A DNA stretch of 42,035 nucleotides, from the NCBI RefSeq assembly GCF_004010195.1, contig NC_057718.1, positions 26,217,506 to 26,259,540 on the forward strand, in the 5' to 3' direction. Source of the DNA: Chiloscyllium plagiosum (lineage: Eukaryota). Positions 12,078-22,375 of the stretch are shown one piece after another (within the stretch, counting starts at the first letter, position 1; each line of letters starts with the position of its first letter). A program made the position numbers and the translations under genes. The notes under the pieces were generated by a model, which was given only the letters and a program-made list of their open reading frames with translations, made no database searches and was not told the origin of the DNA.

Positions 12078-12340
12078 GATTAGATTACCTACAGTTTGGA
12101 AACAGGCCTTTTAGCCCAACAAATTCACACCAACTCTCCAAAGAGTAACCCACCCAGACCCATTCCCCCACCCTGATTATGGGCAATCTAGCATGTCCAA
12201 TTCACCTAATCTGCACATCTTTGAATTGTGGGGGGAAACTGGAGCACCTGGAGGAAACCCACGCAAACATAGGGAGAATGTGCAAACTCCACACAGTCAC
12301 CCAAGGCGCTATGAGGCAGCAATGCTAACCACTGAGCCAT
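12078..12340 (-). mobile_element. HE1-type V-SINE with internal deletion in the tRNA head
   Basis: Colinear with 7251-7577 (GATTAGATT tail, GGAGGAAACCCACGC, GCAGCAATGCTAACCACTGAGCC). Confidence 0.85.
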
Positions 12341-12399
12341 GAAAGTTCTGCACAGACACATATAATGCAGTGCTAGTTTGATGTAGTTGGCAGCACATA

Positions 12400-12580
12400 A
12401 GAAGGTAAGAACATAAACAGGAGCACTTTTAATGCCTCCTGTCTGCTCTGCATGTTAAAAAAGATTATTGCCCAACCAATTTGACCATAAGTCCACTTTC
12501 CTGCCTTGTTCCCCATAACCTTTGGCCCCTTTGTCAATCAAAAATCTGTCTGACTCAGTCTTGAATATATTCAATGATAT
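12400..12580 (-). mobile_element. Short degenerate CR1 3' fragment
   Basis: Minus strand LNIFKTESDRFLIDKGAKGYGE, equivalent to the LNVFKAEIDKFL..GIKGY ends of other CR1 copies in the window. Confidence 0.65.
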
Positions 12581-12977
12581 ATTGTCTCTTGGGTACTCAT
12601 CGAGCTGACATTCAAGTCCAGTGCTTTGCAAGTCTGGATTTTCAATAGGTCCCTGCAATTGTTCAGTGTGGTTCTAGCCAGCTTCACTCGTTAGTGATCC
12701 ATGGCATACTCAGAAGAAGAAGAAGAAGCAGTTCTCTGGGTATGCTAGCTTACATTCCCCTGTCAGTGAATACCACGAACAATTGTTTAACTTATTGCTG
12801 AATCTGCAAGGTTGCTGAGCACAAAATAGAAACACAGTGATTGAAAAGCAACATATTTAATCAGTCTTGAATCAATTTAAGATATAATAGAGCTCTTAAG
12901 CTAATGTAAGTTTTTAGACATGGTATTTGTTTAAATACATTTCTATTATATAGAGTACAAATAATTTTATATTTTTA

Positions 12978-13295
12978 TATTCATTCCTGGGACGTGGGTT
13001 TTGCTGACAAGGCTAGCATTTATTGCTCATTCCAAGATTCCCTTAACTGAATCTATATAGAAGTCAGACTGGACATGGATGGCAAACTTTCTGCCTTAAA
13101 GAACTTTGTGAGCCAGAGCAGTTTTTTTTAATGATAATCTGGAAGTTGAGAGGTCATCATTAGTGAGAATAGCTCCACATTCCAGATTCAGTTTATTAAT
13201 TGAATTTGATCTGTAGTTACCATGATGAAATTTGAACTTTTTGCCTTACTCCTGAGTCTATGCCTCTGGAATGGTAGTGTATTAATATAACCAAT
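12978..13295 (-). mobile_element. Degenerate SINE related to 18016-18346
   Basis: Starts TTCATTCCTGGGACGTGGG..GCTAGCATTTATTGC, the reverse complement of that SINE's tail, and includes TTCCAGATT..TTGAATT body motifs. Confidence 0.55.
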
Positions 13296-13949
13296 ATGCT
13301 GTGATTGTAAATTTATATTTTCTTAATACATATAAATATTATTTATATGATATAAATGCATCTTTATATAAATACCTAAGTAATAATGCATTTCTTTTTA
13401 TTTGAGGGTTTTATTTCACAAGAAGAAAAACATTGAGCCTGTAAAACTCCAATTGATCCACACAGCTTAAATGTATTCACATCAACTGCTTCCAAACATT
13501 CATTTCATACAAAACACAACCTTGCTGAGACTTTTACTGAGAGAGATTACTCATTGTTAGGTTCTTCACATCACTGTTTGTAGCAGCTTTATCGGTGATA
13601 CACGACTTACATGTAAGTACTGTATAGATAGAAAAGCCAAGATTGCTAACTTATCTCCAGAATCATTCTCATGGGAATTTCTTAAGCTGTGTTCATATTC
13701 ACACCCATACCTTTTAGGAACTAACCACGCATCTGCTGCATACAGACCAGTTTTGTGAGAGATCAATTCAGTTGTTTAGAGTAGTCAAAGTTATTTGGGC
13801 TGAAAGCAACATGAATGTAATGAGAAACAGCAGCTGCTGTAATAAAGGAAACCTGCACTTCAGTAGTAATAAATTTTTTAAAGGTAAACGATTGTTCTAC
13901 CTGGAGAGATTGCAATTCATGTACTTTTTAATTTGTGCTTTTTCTTCAG

Positions 13950-14050
13950 ATCATGTCCTGTTCCTGAATACCAGGGAGAGTCTGATAGCTGACTTCACTG
14001 AGTTGAGAAGCCCAATTTTTCCAACTCCTATCAGGAACTCTGCATGTGAG
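13950..14050 (+). CDS. ALK: Internal coding exon of ALK/LTK-family kinase (MAM2; equivalent to ALK exon 8)
   Basis: Acceptor tgctttttcttcag|AT; 101 bp, phase 1-0. Encodes (D)HVLFLNTRESLIADFTELRSPIFPTPIRNSACE versus recalled human ALK [34 protein letters not shown]. Donor is GAG|gcaagt (GC type). Confidence 0.87.
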
Positions 14051-14221
14051 GCAAGTCTACTGTTTCTGCTTTACTCAAAGGCTCACCACTGTGTTTCCAA
14101 ACAATTATTTGTTTGTTCACATAAATGCAATGTGCCAGCAAATTATACTTCTTTGAATACCTCACTTTGATCCATAATCCATCATCTGTCCATCCAGAGA
14201 ACTAATTGTCAAGAAATTAAT

Positions 14222-14645
14222 ACAAAAGCAAAATGCTGTGAATTGTGGAAATCTGAAATTACAACAATCAGGTAGGTGATGGAAAACACAATAAGTCTGA
14301 TAGTATCTCTGATAAGAGAAACAGAGTTAACTATTCAAGTCTGTTGAAGAGGGACAGATCTAAAATGTTGAGCGAGGTAAACTGAAGTCCATTGCAGTGG
14401 GAACCATAGCAACCAGGCTTAGTTAAATTTAGGAGAAGTCCCATGTCAGTCTCCAATCATCAGGAAGTCCCCATGGTGGCCACCTTAGCGCCTGAAGGTC
14501 ATTTAATTCTGTTGAGTCTCCCTCATGACTTGATGGAGTTTCTCCACTGGTTCTCTGACTGGTCATTTGTTTTCTTGACAGAATCCCAGCTATTTGTCCC
14601 ACAGATGTTGAATCCTGTTGAACTCTCCCAACATTTTAGGTTTTT
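14222..14645. mobile_element. Inverted pair of Penelope-derived termini with an intervening segment
   Basis: Left arm AAAAGCAAAATGCTG..GAGAAACAGAGTTAAC. Right arm TTTGTCCCACAGATGTTGAATCCTGTTGAACTCTCCCAACATTTT is its degenerate reverse complement. Confidence 0.5.
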
Positions 14646-15039
14646 TGACCAACATAACTAAATAGTCAGCCATGAGCTGCAAATATTGGTGGCTATTTGG
14701 ATCATTTGTTTTTTTGGAATTTTCCATTAGTTTAGACATTGCTGAAATTACACTGCATTTATAACCATATTTTTGATACTGACACCATTTAAATCTTGTT
14801 TTAATAGTTTTATATATTTATGAACCAGAGTACATGTGGTACAAGGATAGAGTCAGACTAACAAGTACCTAATTATCTGACTCATTCTTCCTTGCCTGAT
14901 GAATTGTGAAAAGACTATTGTCAAACAAATCATGTTGATTCACACAATTTCTGATGCTGCACCATGAGCATAGCCACTCTGAGCTAAAATTCATCCAGAA
15001 TGTGCATTCGTGAGAACATTTGGAAGAACCTTCAAACAA

Positions 15040-15150
15040 ATAGGAAGGATTTAGAGGGATATGGGCCAAATGCTGGCAAATGGGACTAGGTCAGATTGGG
15101 ATGCCTGGTCAGCATGGAAGAATTGGACTGATGGGTCTGTTTCTGTTTCC
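15040..15150 (+). mobile_element. Short CR1 (HER1-like) 3' end
   Basis: ATAGGAAGGATTTAGAGGGATATGGGCCAAATGCTGGCAAATGGGACTAG..GGGTCTGTTTC matches 455-560. Confidence 0.75.
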
Positions 15151-15502
15151 CTTAATGGGTCAAATGGACAACATTATTCAATCCCTTCTTAAGATCCTTA
15201 CTGTCTTGCATACCAATGGTCAATCAATTAGTTTAGTCCATGTAATATTAAGAAATGACTGAGGACACAGCAAAGACTGGGAATCCTTAAAGCTTTCCAG
15301 CTGTACTGACCAAATTAACATGGTCATCTCTGCCCTGTACAATGAACAAGAATAAGATGTATGTGATAGCAGAGCAGAGCTTGTTTTATTTTTTAACAGT
15401 TGTAAATTTAATTTATCCAAGAAAAAACATTTTAGGAAATATTTGCTGAAGCTCCATTGTTTGTGGAAGTAGGCAAAAGTAGGACATTAGCGCACAATTG
15501 CA

Positions 15503-15630
15503 ATTCCTGATGAAGTGCTTTTCCCTGAAACGTTGATTCTCCTGTTCCTCGGATGCTGCCTGACCAGCTGTGCTTTTCCAGCACTACACTCTCAACTCTG
15601 ATCTCCAGCATTTGCTGACCTCACTTTCTC
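15503..15630 (+). mobile_element. Short Penelope-derived hammerhead-motif element, copy 2
   Basis: ATTCCTGATGAAGTGCTTTTCCCTGAAACGTTGATT...CTCACTTTCTC. Imperfect TSD CACAATTGCAA (15493-15503) and CACAACTACAA (15631-15641). Confidence 0.78.
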
Positions 15631-15994
15631 CACAACTACAAGTACCCAATTTCACAACGGACAATTTTCAGGCTTAGCATGTGGTGACACTACTGGTACA
15701 ACTATTAACATGCAAAGATCTCACCACTTTTGATCAATTATTGCATAGTTGAAACACCAACTGTGTGTAGATGACTGTCCTTATTTGCTGCGTACACATT
15801 GCAAAATGGATAGTACACTCGAAAGTCTCCTTGGACTATGTGCCGCCTTGAAAATTCTTCAGTGCACACCTGCACCAAGTGAATCGTGGATGATATGTTT
15901 TCAGATGGGTTCCAATCAGTCTAAGCTTTCATGGACATGCAGATTTCTCTTAAGGGTTTAGCCTGGTAAAGGAAGCTACCATTAAGAAAAAGGA

Positions 15995-16432
15995 AAAAGT
16001 GTTCTTGTACACCAGTCAATGAAGGCAAGCATGCAGGTACAGCAGGTAGTGAAGAAGGCTAATAGCGATTGAGAGGGGATCTGATTGAGACGTATAAGAT
16101 TATGAAAGGATTGGACACTCTGGCAGTAGGAAACATATTTCCACTGATGGGTGAGTGCCGAACCAGAGGACACAGCTTAAAAATACGGGGTAGACCATTT
16201 AGGACAGAGCTCAGGAGAAACTTCTTCACCCAGAGAGTGGTGGTGTGTGGAATGCTCTGCCCCAGAGGGCAGTGGAGGCCCACTCTCTGGATTCATTTAA
16301 GGAAGAGTTGGATAGAGCTCTCAAAGATAGTGGAATCAAGGGTTATGGAGATAAGGCAGGAACAGAATACTGATTAGGAATGATCAGCCATGATTATATT
16401 GAATGGCCTACTCCTGCACCTATTGTCTATTG
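15995..16432 (+). mobile_element. CR1 3' fragment with internal deletion
   Basis: QVQQVVKKAN is joined directly to LRGDLIETYKIMKGLD..CRTRGHSLKIRG..FFTQRVV, followed by a 3' UTR with a TATTGTCTATTG tail. Confidence 0.85.
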
Positions 16433-18015
16433 AAAAGGTCAAGTGATCAATTTGTTCTAAAACAAATTTGAAGTGCATTTAGTCTGCTATTTCCCTCGCA
16501 GAGTTAAAATGTGTATTATTCTAAAGAAGGTTTTCAGCAAAATAAGTATTGCAAAGTTAGGTATTTCAAAATAATATTACAACCAATTTGCCCAATCTTT
16601 GTTTTTTAATTCCTTCATGAAAAATTCAAGACCTTTCACCTGCTCAAAAGCCTAGACATTGATTATATATTTTTCACCCGGAAACCTGAAGAGTTCCCCA
16701 CACAGCTGACTGTGTGCAGTTTGCAGAATCTCTCAACACTACAGAGAGTTCCCTCTTGTTATTCAAGCTGCAATCTTTTATCTTCTTATTATATGGCACC
16801 ATTTCTGTACTCTGTATTAGAAAAGACTTCAAAACCAACTGAAGCATTTTGAATGCTGAAATCAGGTCATCTTTCATAAACTATTACTGAAAGCTTATAT
16901 TTCCTTGAACAAGCATTAGTCAGAGTGAAAGAATGAGCACCTGTAATTGCTTTGAACAAACAAGGCATAAATTTAATTACATGTGATTGAAAAATGTATT
17001 TTTCCTGAAGTGTATTATAGTGGAAAGCTTATTACTGGGGCTTTTCTCAAAGAGAAACCAAGCTGAAATTTGTAAATTTAGGAAAACAGAGCAAGATAAT
17101 TAAGTCATCCCAGTTTCAAGTTTCGTGCTTAAGAAGCTAATTACGGCGCATCAGTAATGATCGAGTTTGACAAGTAGAAGCAGTGTTCATCCATTACTTT
17201 ATTTTTGAGTAGACAGCAGAATCTTTGACAACAAATGTCAGTTCCCTAGTGTGTGGTTCATGACACCCTCCCCCTCCATTTTGCCTTCAAATTGTTGTCT
17301 GTGGCACACTTCTGGTGCTGGCTATTTTGGACACCATTTTAATCAGGACGTCAATACACAAGTATGAGTATCCACCAGAGGTATGCAGTACAGGATCAAT
17401 AGATAAGAAGGCCTGTTGATTTCACATCAGTGCTGCTGTTTGAGAATTCAGCACTGCGCTGAAGCCCTCTCTTTGCCCTGCACAGTCAAACACATGTTCA
17501 ACAGCAGGGAGGACCTCCTACCAACACTACTTTAAGGATGTGAAGCTAACTGTACATTAGTTGCCAATTGATTTATACTGACTGTGGCTGAGTGAAGAAT
17601 TGTTTGGTAGTGTTCAGTGATGCTTATCATTGCTGAAGTCTGCAGGGAGTGGACTGGCATGTGTTGTAGAGCTTTGTGCTGTCTTCAAATATTTAGTGCA
17701 GACCATTTGCTCCCACACAAGGAAGCAGCATCCCCTTGGGCTATGGCATTTAAGGGAGAATGAGACTAGGTGACAAGAAACAGGAAAAGCTGTTGGATGA
17801 AGGATGTGGAGGAATGGGGGAGGGAGGGCTGATGATGTGGAGATGTAGTAGGGAGAAAGGCTTTTACAGCAGGAGGCCATCAACAGCCGGCACAGTATGC
17901 ATTCGAAGATATGTTCACTGGCATGACCACTCCTGTGGGGTGATTGAACTCAGCACTGCATCCATGTTCTCAGACAAGAGTCCTGGCAATGACTATTATG
18001 GCTGTCTTTGTCAGG

Positions 18016-18346
18016 TGGAGGCAATGGCCTCATGGTATTATCACTGGATTATTAATCCAGAGAACCAAGTAATATTCTGGGGAGCTGGGTTTAAATCCTG
18101 CCATCGCAGATGGTGGAATTTGAATTCCATAAAAATCTGGAATTAAGAGTCTAATGATAACCATGAATTGTTAGAGAAAAAAAAATCTGGTTCACAAAAG
18201 ACCTTTAAGGGAGAAAATTTCCATCCTTAACCTCATCTGGCCTAAATGTGACTCCAGACCCACAACAATGTGACTGAATCTTAACAATTAGGGATGCGCA
18301 ATAAATGCTAGCCTAGCCAGTAATGCCCTCATCCCATGAATAAAAA
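18016..18346 (+). mobile_element. tRNA-derived SINE sharing its 3' tail with the LINE family at 4652-5238
   Basis: A-box-like TGGCCTCATGG, B-box-like GGTTTAAATCC, and tail CAATTAGGGATGCGCAATAAATGCTAGCC..CATCCCATGAATAAAAA. Confidence 0.7.
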
Positions 18347-20992
18347 GTGTGTCCAGTTGTCCATCACGTATTGGCAAACACTCATACCAATACAAACGTG
18401 AGTTTTAATCGAACACAAAAGGGAACGAAACCAAGCTAACTGAGGCTGAATGTCATTTGCACAATACCAATCAGATTTAAGCATCATGACCAAAAAATGT
18501 AGAATGGTATGCCAAACCCAGGGCTCTACTGTTGGAAGCAGGTGTCAGTGAGTTTCCGTCTGGCTTATACTATCTGTTGCAGCTGAGCTTTGTCCTGGAT
18601 AATGTCAGCTTCTTGTATCAAAATGTCAGCATCCTCCTTCTCCTCCTCAGAGGCCTGCTCCTGTTCCCACAATTCTTCAGCATCTAGCTCATTGCCAACT
18701 CTAATTGTGTAGAGCACCACATGCCAGGATGATGCAAAACACCCTGCAATGACAATAATTGAGGGCACCCCCAGGCAGGCCCAAGCAGAAGAATTGCATC
18801 CTCAGCAGCCCATGCTCTGCTCCACCACTGCACTGGTTCACGCAGGAGTGGCATTATCTCTGCAGTCCAAAGCAGTGAGGTGTCACACTGAGTAGTTGTC
18901 CCTCATTAATCAGCCTTGTAAGAACCAGAATGGTATCCCTGTACCAGAATGTACAGATAGTACCAAATGCCAGGGTTGTGGGCACACATCTCCAAGAAGT
19001 AGTAAGTGGTAATCGCCTGAAAAGTTATGGAATGGAATCTGATTCTGTTGAGGTATTGAGGTATGGCCCTCTCAGGGGCAAGCACATGCAATCAATAGCA
19101 CTATGTACCTAGGAGAGCCTTCATATGTTTCCCAATCCAATTGCCCAAACTGCAGCACTGACCTCGCCTTTGGAGAACAAAGTTAACCAGTATGACCTTA
19201 TACAGATGGGATTAGGCACTGCGTAGATAGTTTCTGGGTGCATAATTGAGGAATACTAACCAGGTCACTCATCTCTCAGAGTGATCTATTGCTGCTGGGT
19301 TTGCTATCTGTTCTGCTCCTCCTCCTTCCATCCATACCTCTTTAGGTAGGTAGTCACAGTGACCAATACGCACCCATAGATCGTAGACCCCAGATGGGTG
19401 TCATTCAGAGCAAGCAGGGAGTTACATCTGATTGATACACTATTATCTGTTTTACTTGTCAAGGTTTTCTGATGTCTCACTTATTTGACAAGTTTGGTCA
19501 GATGGGAGTCTGAAAATAAATGAGGGAAGTTGTGGTGTTACCAAGCCTGTTAGCAATTAATAATGGCCATGAATTGGCATCTCACTGCTACAGAGCTAGA
19601 ATTACAAGCCACATTATTTGCGAAAAGTATAAGTGATGGAGCAAGATGATCTCAACATTGAGATAGGCCATGCTACGTTTGCCTCCATATTGTGCTACAC
19701 ATCTTACTTGGCAAAATCCCTTTGATCTTCCAGGATTCTGCTCCCTTCATTAGCTGTGCCCCTACTCTGTCAGTGTAACTGAATAGAAAATCGACCTTAT
19801 GGTGTGATGTTACCTTAACAGGGCATTATCGGTGTACTGTATTAGAGAACGTAAAATATTGAATGATGCTATCAACTCTGCAATACTGAAAGTATGTCTC
19901 AAGTACACACCAATGTTATAGTGTTCAGGAAAAGAGCAGCAAATGGAGACTAACTGGCATTAATAAACTATTAATAAACTATTGTTCAATGATAATCCAA
20001 TAATGTGGTATTGAACTGGTCACAACTGGAATTTATATGCAAATGGTTAGTTGGTTAATATTAGCTAATGAAAAGTAATTAGACAATTGATTTAATGAAT
20101 ACATGGGAAAAGGAGAACAGTATTCAATTGAGTCACTTGGGAAAATGTAATATAAAGTGTACCATTTCTTAATGATTCTTATTGATTAAGTCTGCAAATT
20201 GTATATAGTTTTACAACTTGGCAATATTACACTTCAGCTTGATTTTCTCATCTACGGTTCAACTGGCTCAGGCCTTGTGGAGAAGCAGATTGCTGATACT
20301 TCTGTCCCTTTCTGATTCCAGTCGTGGAGTGTTGGTATGCAATAAGGGATAAGGTTTAGGTCTATGATGGACACTTAACATTAGATTAACCAAATAAAGA
20401 AATCATTTCCATTTTTGTATAGCTTTTTAAATCCTCACAGTAGCTCAAAGCACTTCAAATCATTTGGAAGTGTAGTCACTCTTGTCGTAGGTATTGTAAA
20501 GTTACTTTTGTTTTCCTGAAAGGGGCTGATCATAAGACAGCTTACGAGAGATGCATTTCATTTTATCTCTGTTTCAATCCCTTATGTTAGTAAATTGTTA
20601 TCACTTCAAGCATGAAGGACTAGAAAACTAGATAGAGAGATCTGTAGCTCTGGAGGAGGATCTCCTGTTAAGAGATTGAGAAAGGAAAGCATGCCTCAAT
20701 TATGCATTTTCTTAAATGACTATAATAAGAGAAGCTTCACCATCAAATCAGCACTTTCCTTCTCCTTCTGCTTCTATTTGTTTCCCTGCCTCAGTGCAAC
20801 ATTGTACCTCCACTTGTGTTTGTGCACACCACTATTAAGACACAAGAGGATAATTTAGCCTTGGTTTTAATGGTGCCTCGTTTTGTAATTTCCTCCACCC
20901 TCAGATTGCCAATGAAACATGGCAGTATAGCTTGTTTATTGTATGAATTTAAACACAGACTCTGATTGTATGTGTATCATTTTTATATGCAG

Positions 20993-21162
20993 GTTCGCAT
21001 GTCGCTATGTCTGTACGGAACACTAATGGGAAATCTTTCTTTCTTGGTTGTGGAAAACAAGACGGATCAGGAATATGTCAGGACACTGTGGGAATTTGCA
21101 AATATTACTGGCTTGGGAAGCTGGCAAAAAGCAACATTGAAATTGCCAGATGTGTCTGAAAG
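20993..21162 (+). CDS. ALK: Internal coding exon of ALK/LTK-family kinase (MAM2; equivalent to ALK exon 9)
   Basis: Acceptor tttttatatgcag|GTT and donor AAAG|gtatag; 170 bp, phase 0-2. Encodes VRMSLCLYGTLMGNLSFLVVENKTDQEYVRTLWEFANITGLGSWQKATLKLPDVSE(R) versus recalled human ALK [57 protein letters not shown]. Phases join across all three exons. Confidence 0.9.
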
Positions 21163-21299
21163 GTATAGTGTTTTCTTATTTACATGTGAGAAATGATCCG
21201 GCCCTTTTACTTAGCCAGGAAATTGTCCATCGTGCTGCTTACTTTAGCTTACAGCTTATGTGTCTATTCATGATATGTAGAAAATAAGGCTTGTATTCA

Positions 21300-21858
21300 T
21301 TAGATTTATTTATTTATTGACACGTGTATTACAAATACAGTGAAAAATGATGTTTTGTGTCACCACTCCTCAGCACCATCTTGAAACACAGAATATAAAG
21401 CCAGAAAATGCAGCAATAGAGTTCATCTTCATATTTCCTTCCTGTTTCGGGCTCTGGGGTCTTTAGAGTGGGCTCGAGTATGATCATCACCTCCACCAGC
21501 ACTCCTGCGACTGCCATGCCCTGACTGAACCATTGACCCAACTCCGATCTCCTACATCCCAACCCTGAGACTGCCAGGCCTGAGCCAGAGCTGGTCATCG
21601 GCCTGGGGCTAATCTCCATACCCAAGCTGAAGTCACCCGCACAAGGCAGTTGGCCAGACCTGAGACCTGCCGATCCTTTGGACACTCAGCAGCCCCACTG
21701 ACACCATTGCCACCACTGACTGAGCCCATCAACAGAAAGCAAAAAGGTCAAAGAAAAGCATGAGAAAAGGTAAAAAGAAAAAGAAAGGTGTATAGAAGAA
21801 AGGAGTGGACAAGCTCAGGGTTCAGAAGGCCAAGTGTTGCCTACCCCGCCATCATTTA
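21300..21858 (-). mobile_element. Unclassified interspersed element with a (TTTA)n end
   Basis: Abrupt GC-richer block bounded by TTTATTTATTTATTG, which would be an A-rich tail on the minus strand. No protein motif recognised. Confidence 0.4.
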
Positions 21859-21864
21859 TACAGT

Positions 21865-22235
21865 ACCCTTCACAACCTCAGCATGTCTCAAGATGTTTTA
21901 TAACTATTACTTGCTTTATATTGCAGTCACTGTCGTAATGTAGATACCATGGCAGATAAATAGTACACAGTAAGTTCTCACAAACTGCAATGAGAGGACA
22001 AGATCATTTGTTTTCGTAATGTTGATTTAGTGATAGATCCTAATCAAGACATTAGGGATAATTCCAGTGCTCTTCTTTGCTTGGGAAGTGTGGCATCTTT
22101 AACACTTTGAGAGCACAGACAGATCCTCTCTTTAACAGCACACCTGAAATACAACACCTCTCACACAGCAGCACACCTTGCTCTTGTTTGTGGATCGAGG
22201 CAGAAACCTGCAGGTTTTTGATTTGGAGTTCAGTG
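21865..22235 (-). mobile_element. Deu-domain SINE (SacSINE1/AmnSINE1-like), degenerate
   Basis: Reverse complement contains AAAGAAGAGCACTGGAATTATCCCTAATGTCTTG..TCAACATTACGAAAACAAATGATC..CATTGCAGTTTGTGAGAACTT..CTACATTACGACAGTGACTGC, resembling the recalled DeuSINE consensus. A short related tail lies at ~20418-20490. Confidence 0.65.
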
Positions 22236-22250
22236 ACCTACCAGTCCGGC

Positions 22251-22375
22251 ATTCCCGATGAAGGGCTTTTGCTCGAAAGTCCATTCTCCTGCTCCTTGGA
22301 TGCTGCCTGACCTGCTGTGCTTTTCCAGTGCCACACTCTCGACTCTAATCTACAGCATCTGCAGTCCTCACCTTC
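22251..22375 (+). mobile_element. Short Penelope-derived hammerhead-motif element, copy 3 (core mutated)
   Basis: ATTCCCGATGAAGGGCTTTTGCTCGAAAGTC...GCAGTCCTCACCTTC. 17-bp TSD ACCTACCA[G/C]TCCGGCAT at 22236-22252 and 22376-22392. Confidence 0.8.

Noticed and set aside
18565..18768. Acidic ORF possibly from a Harbinger transposase C-terminus
   Set aside because: Only vague similarity and no DDE motif recognisable; not called without a profile search.
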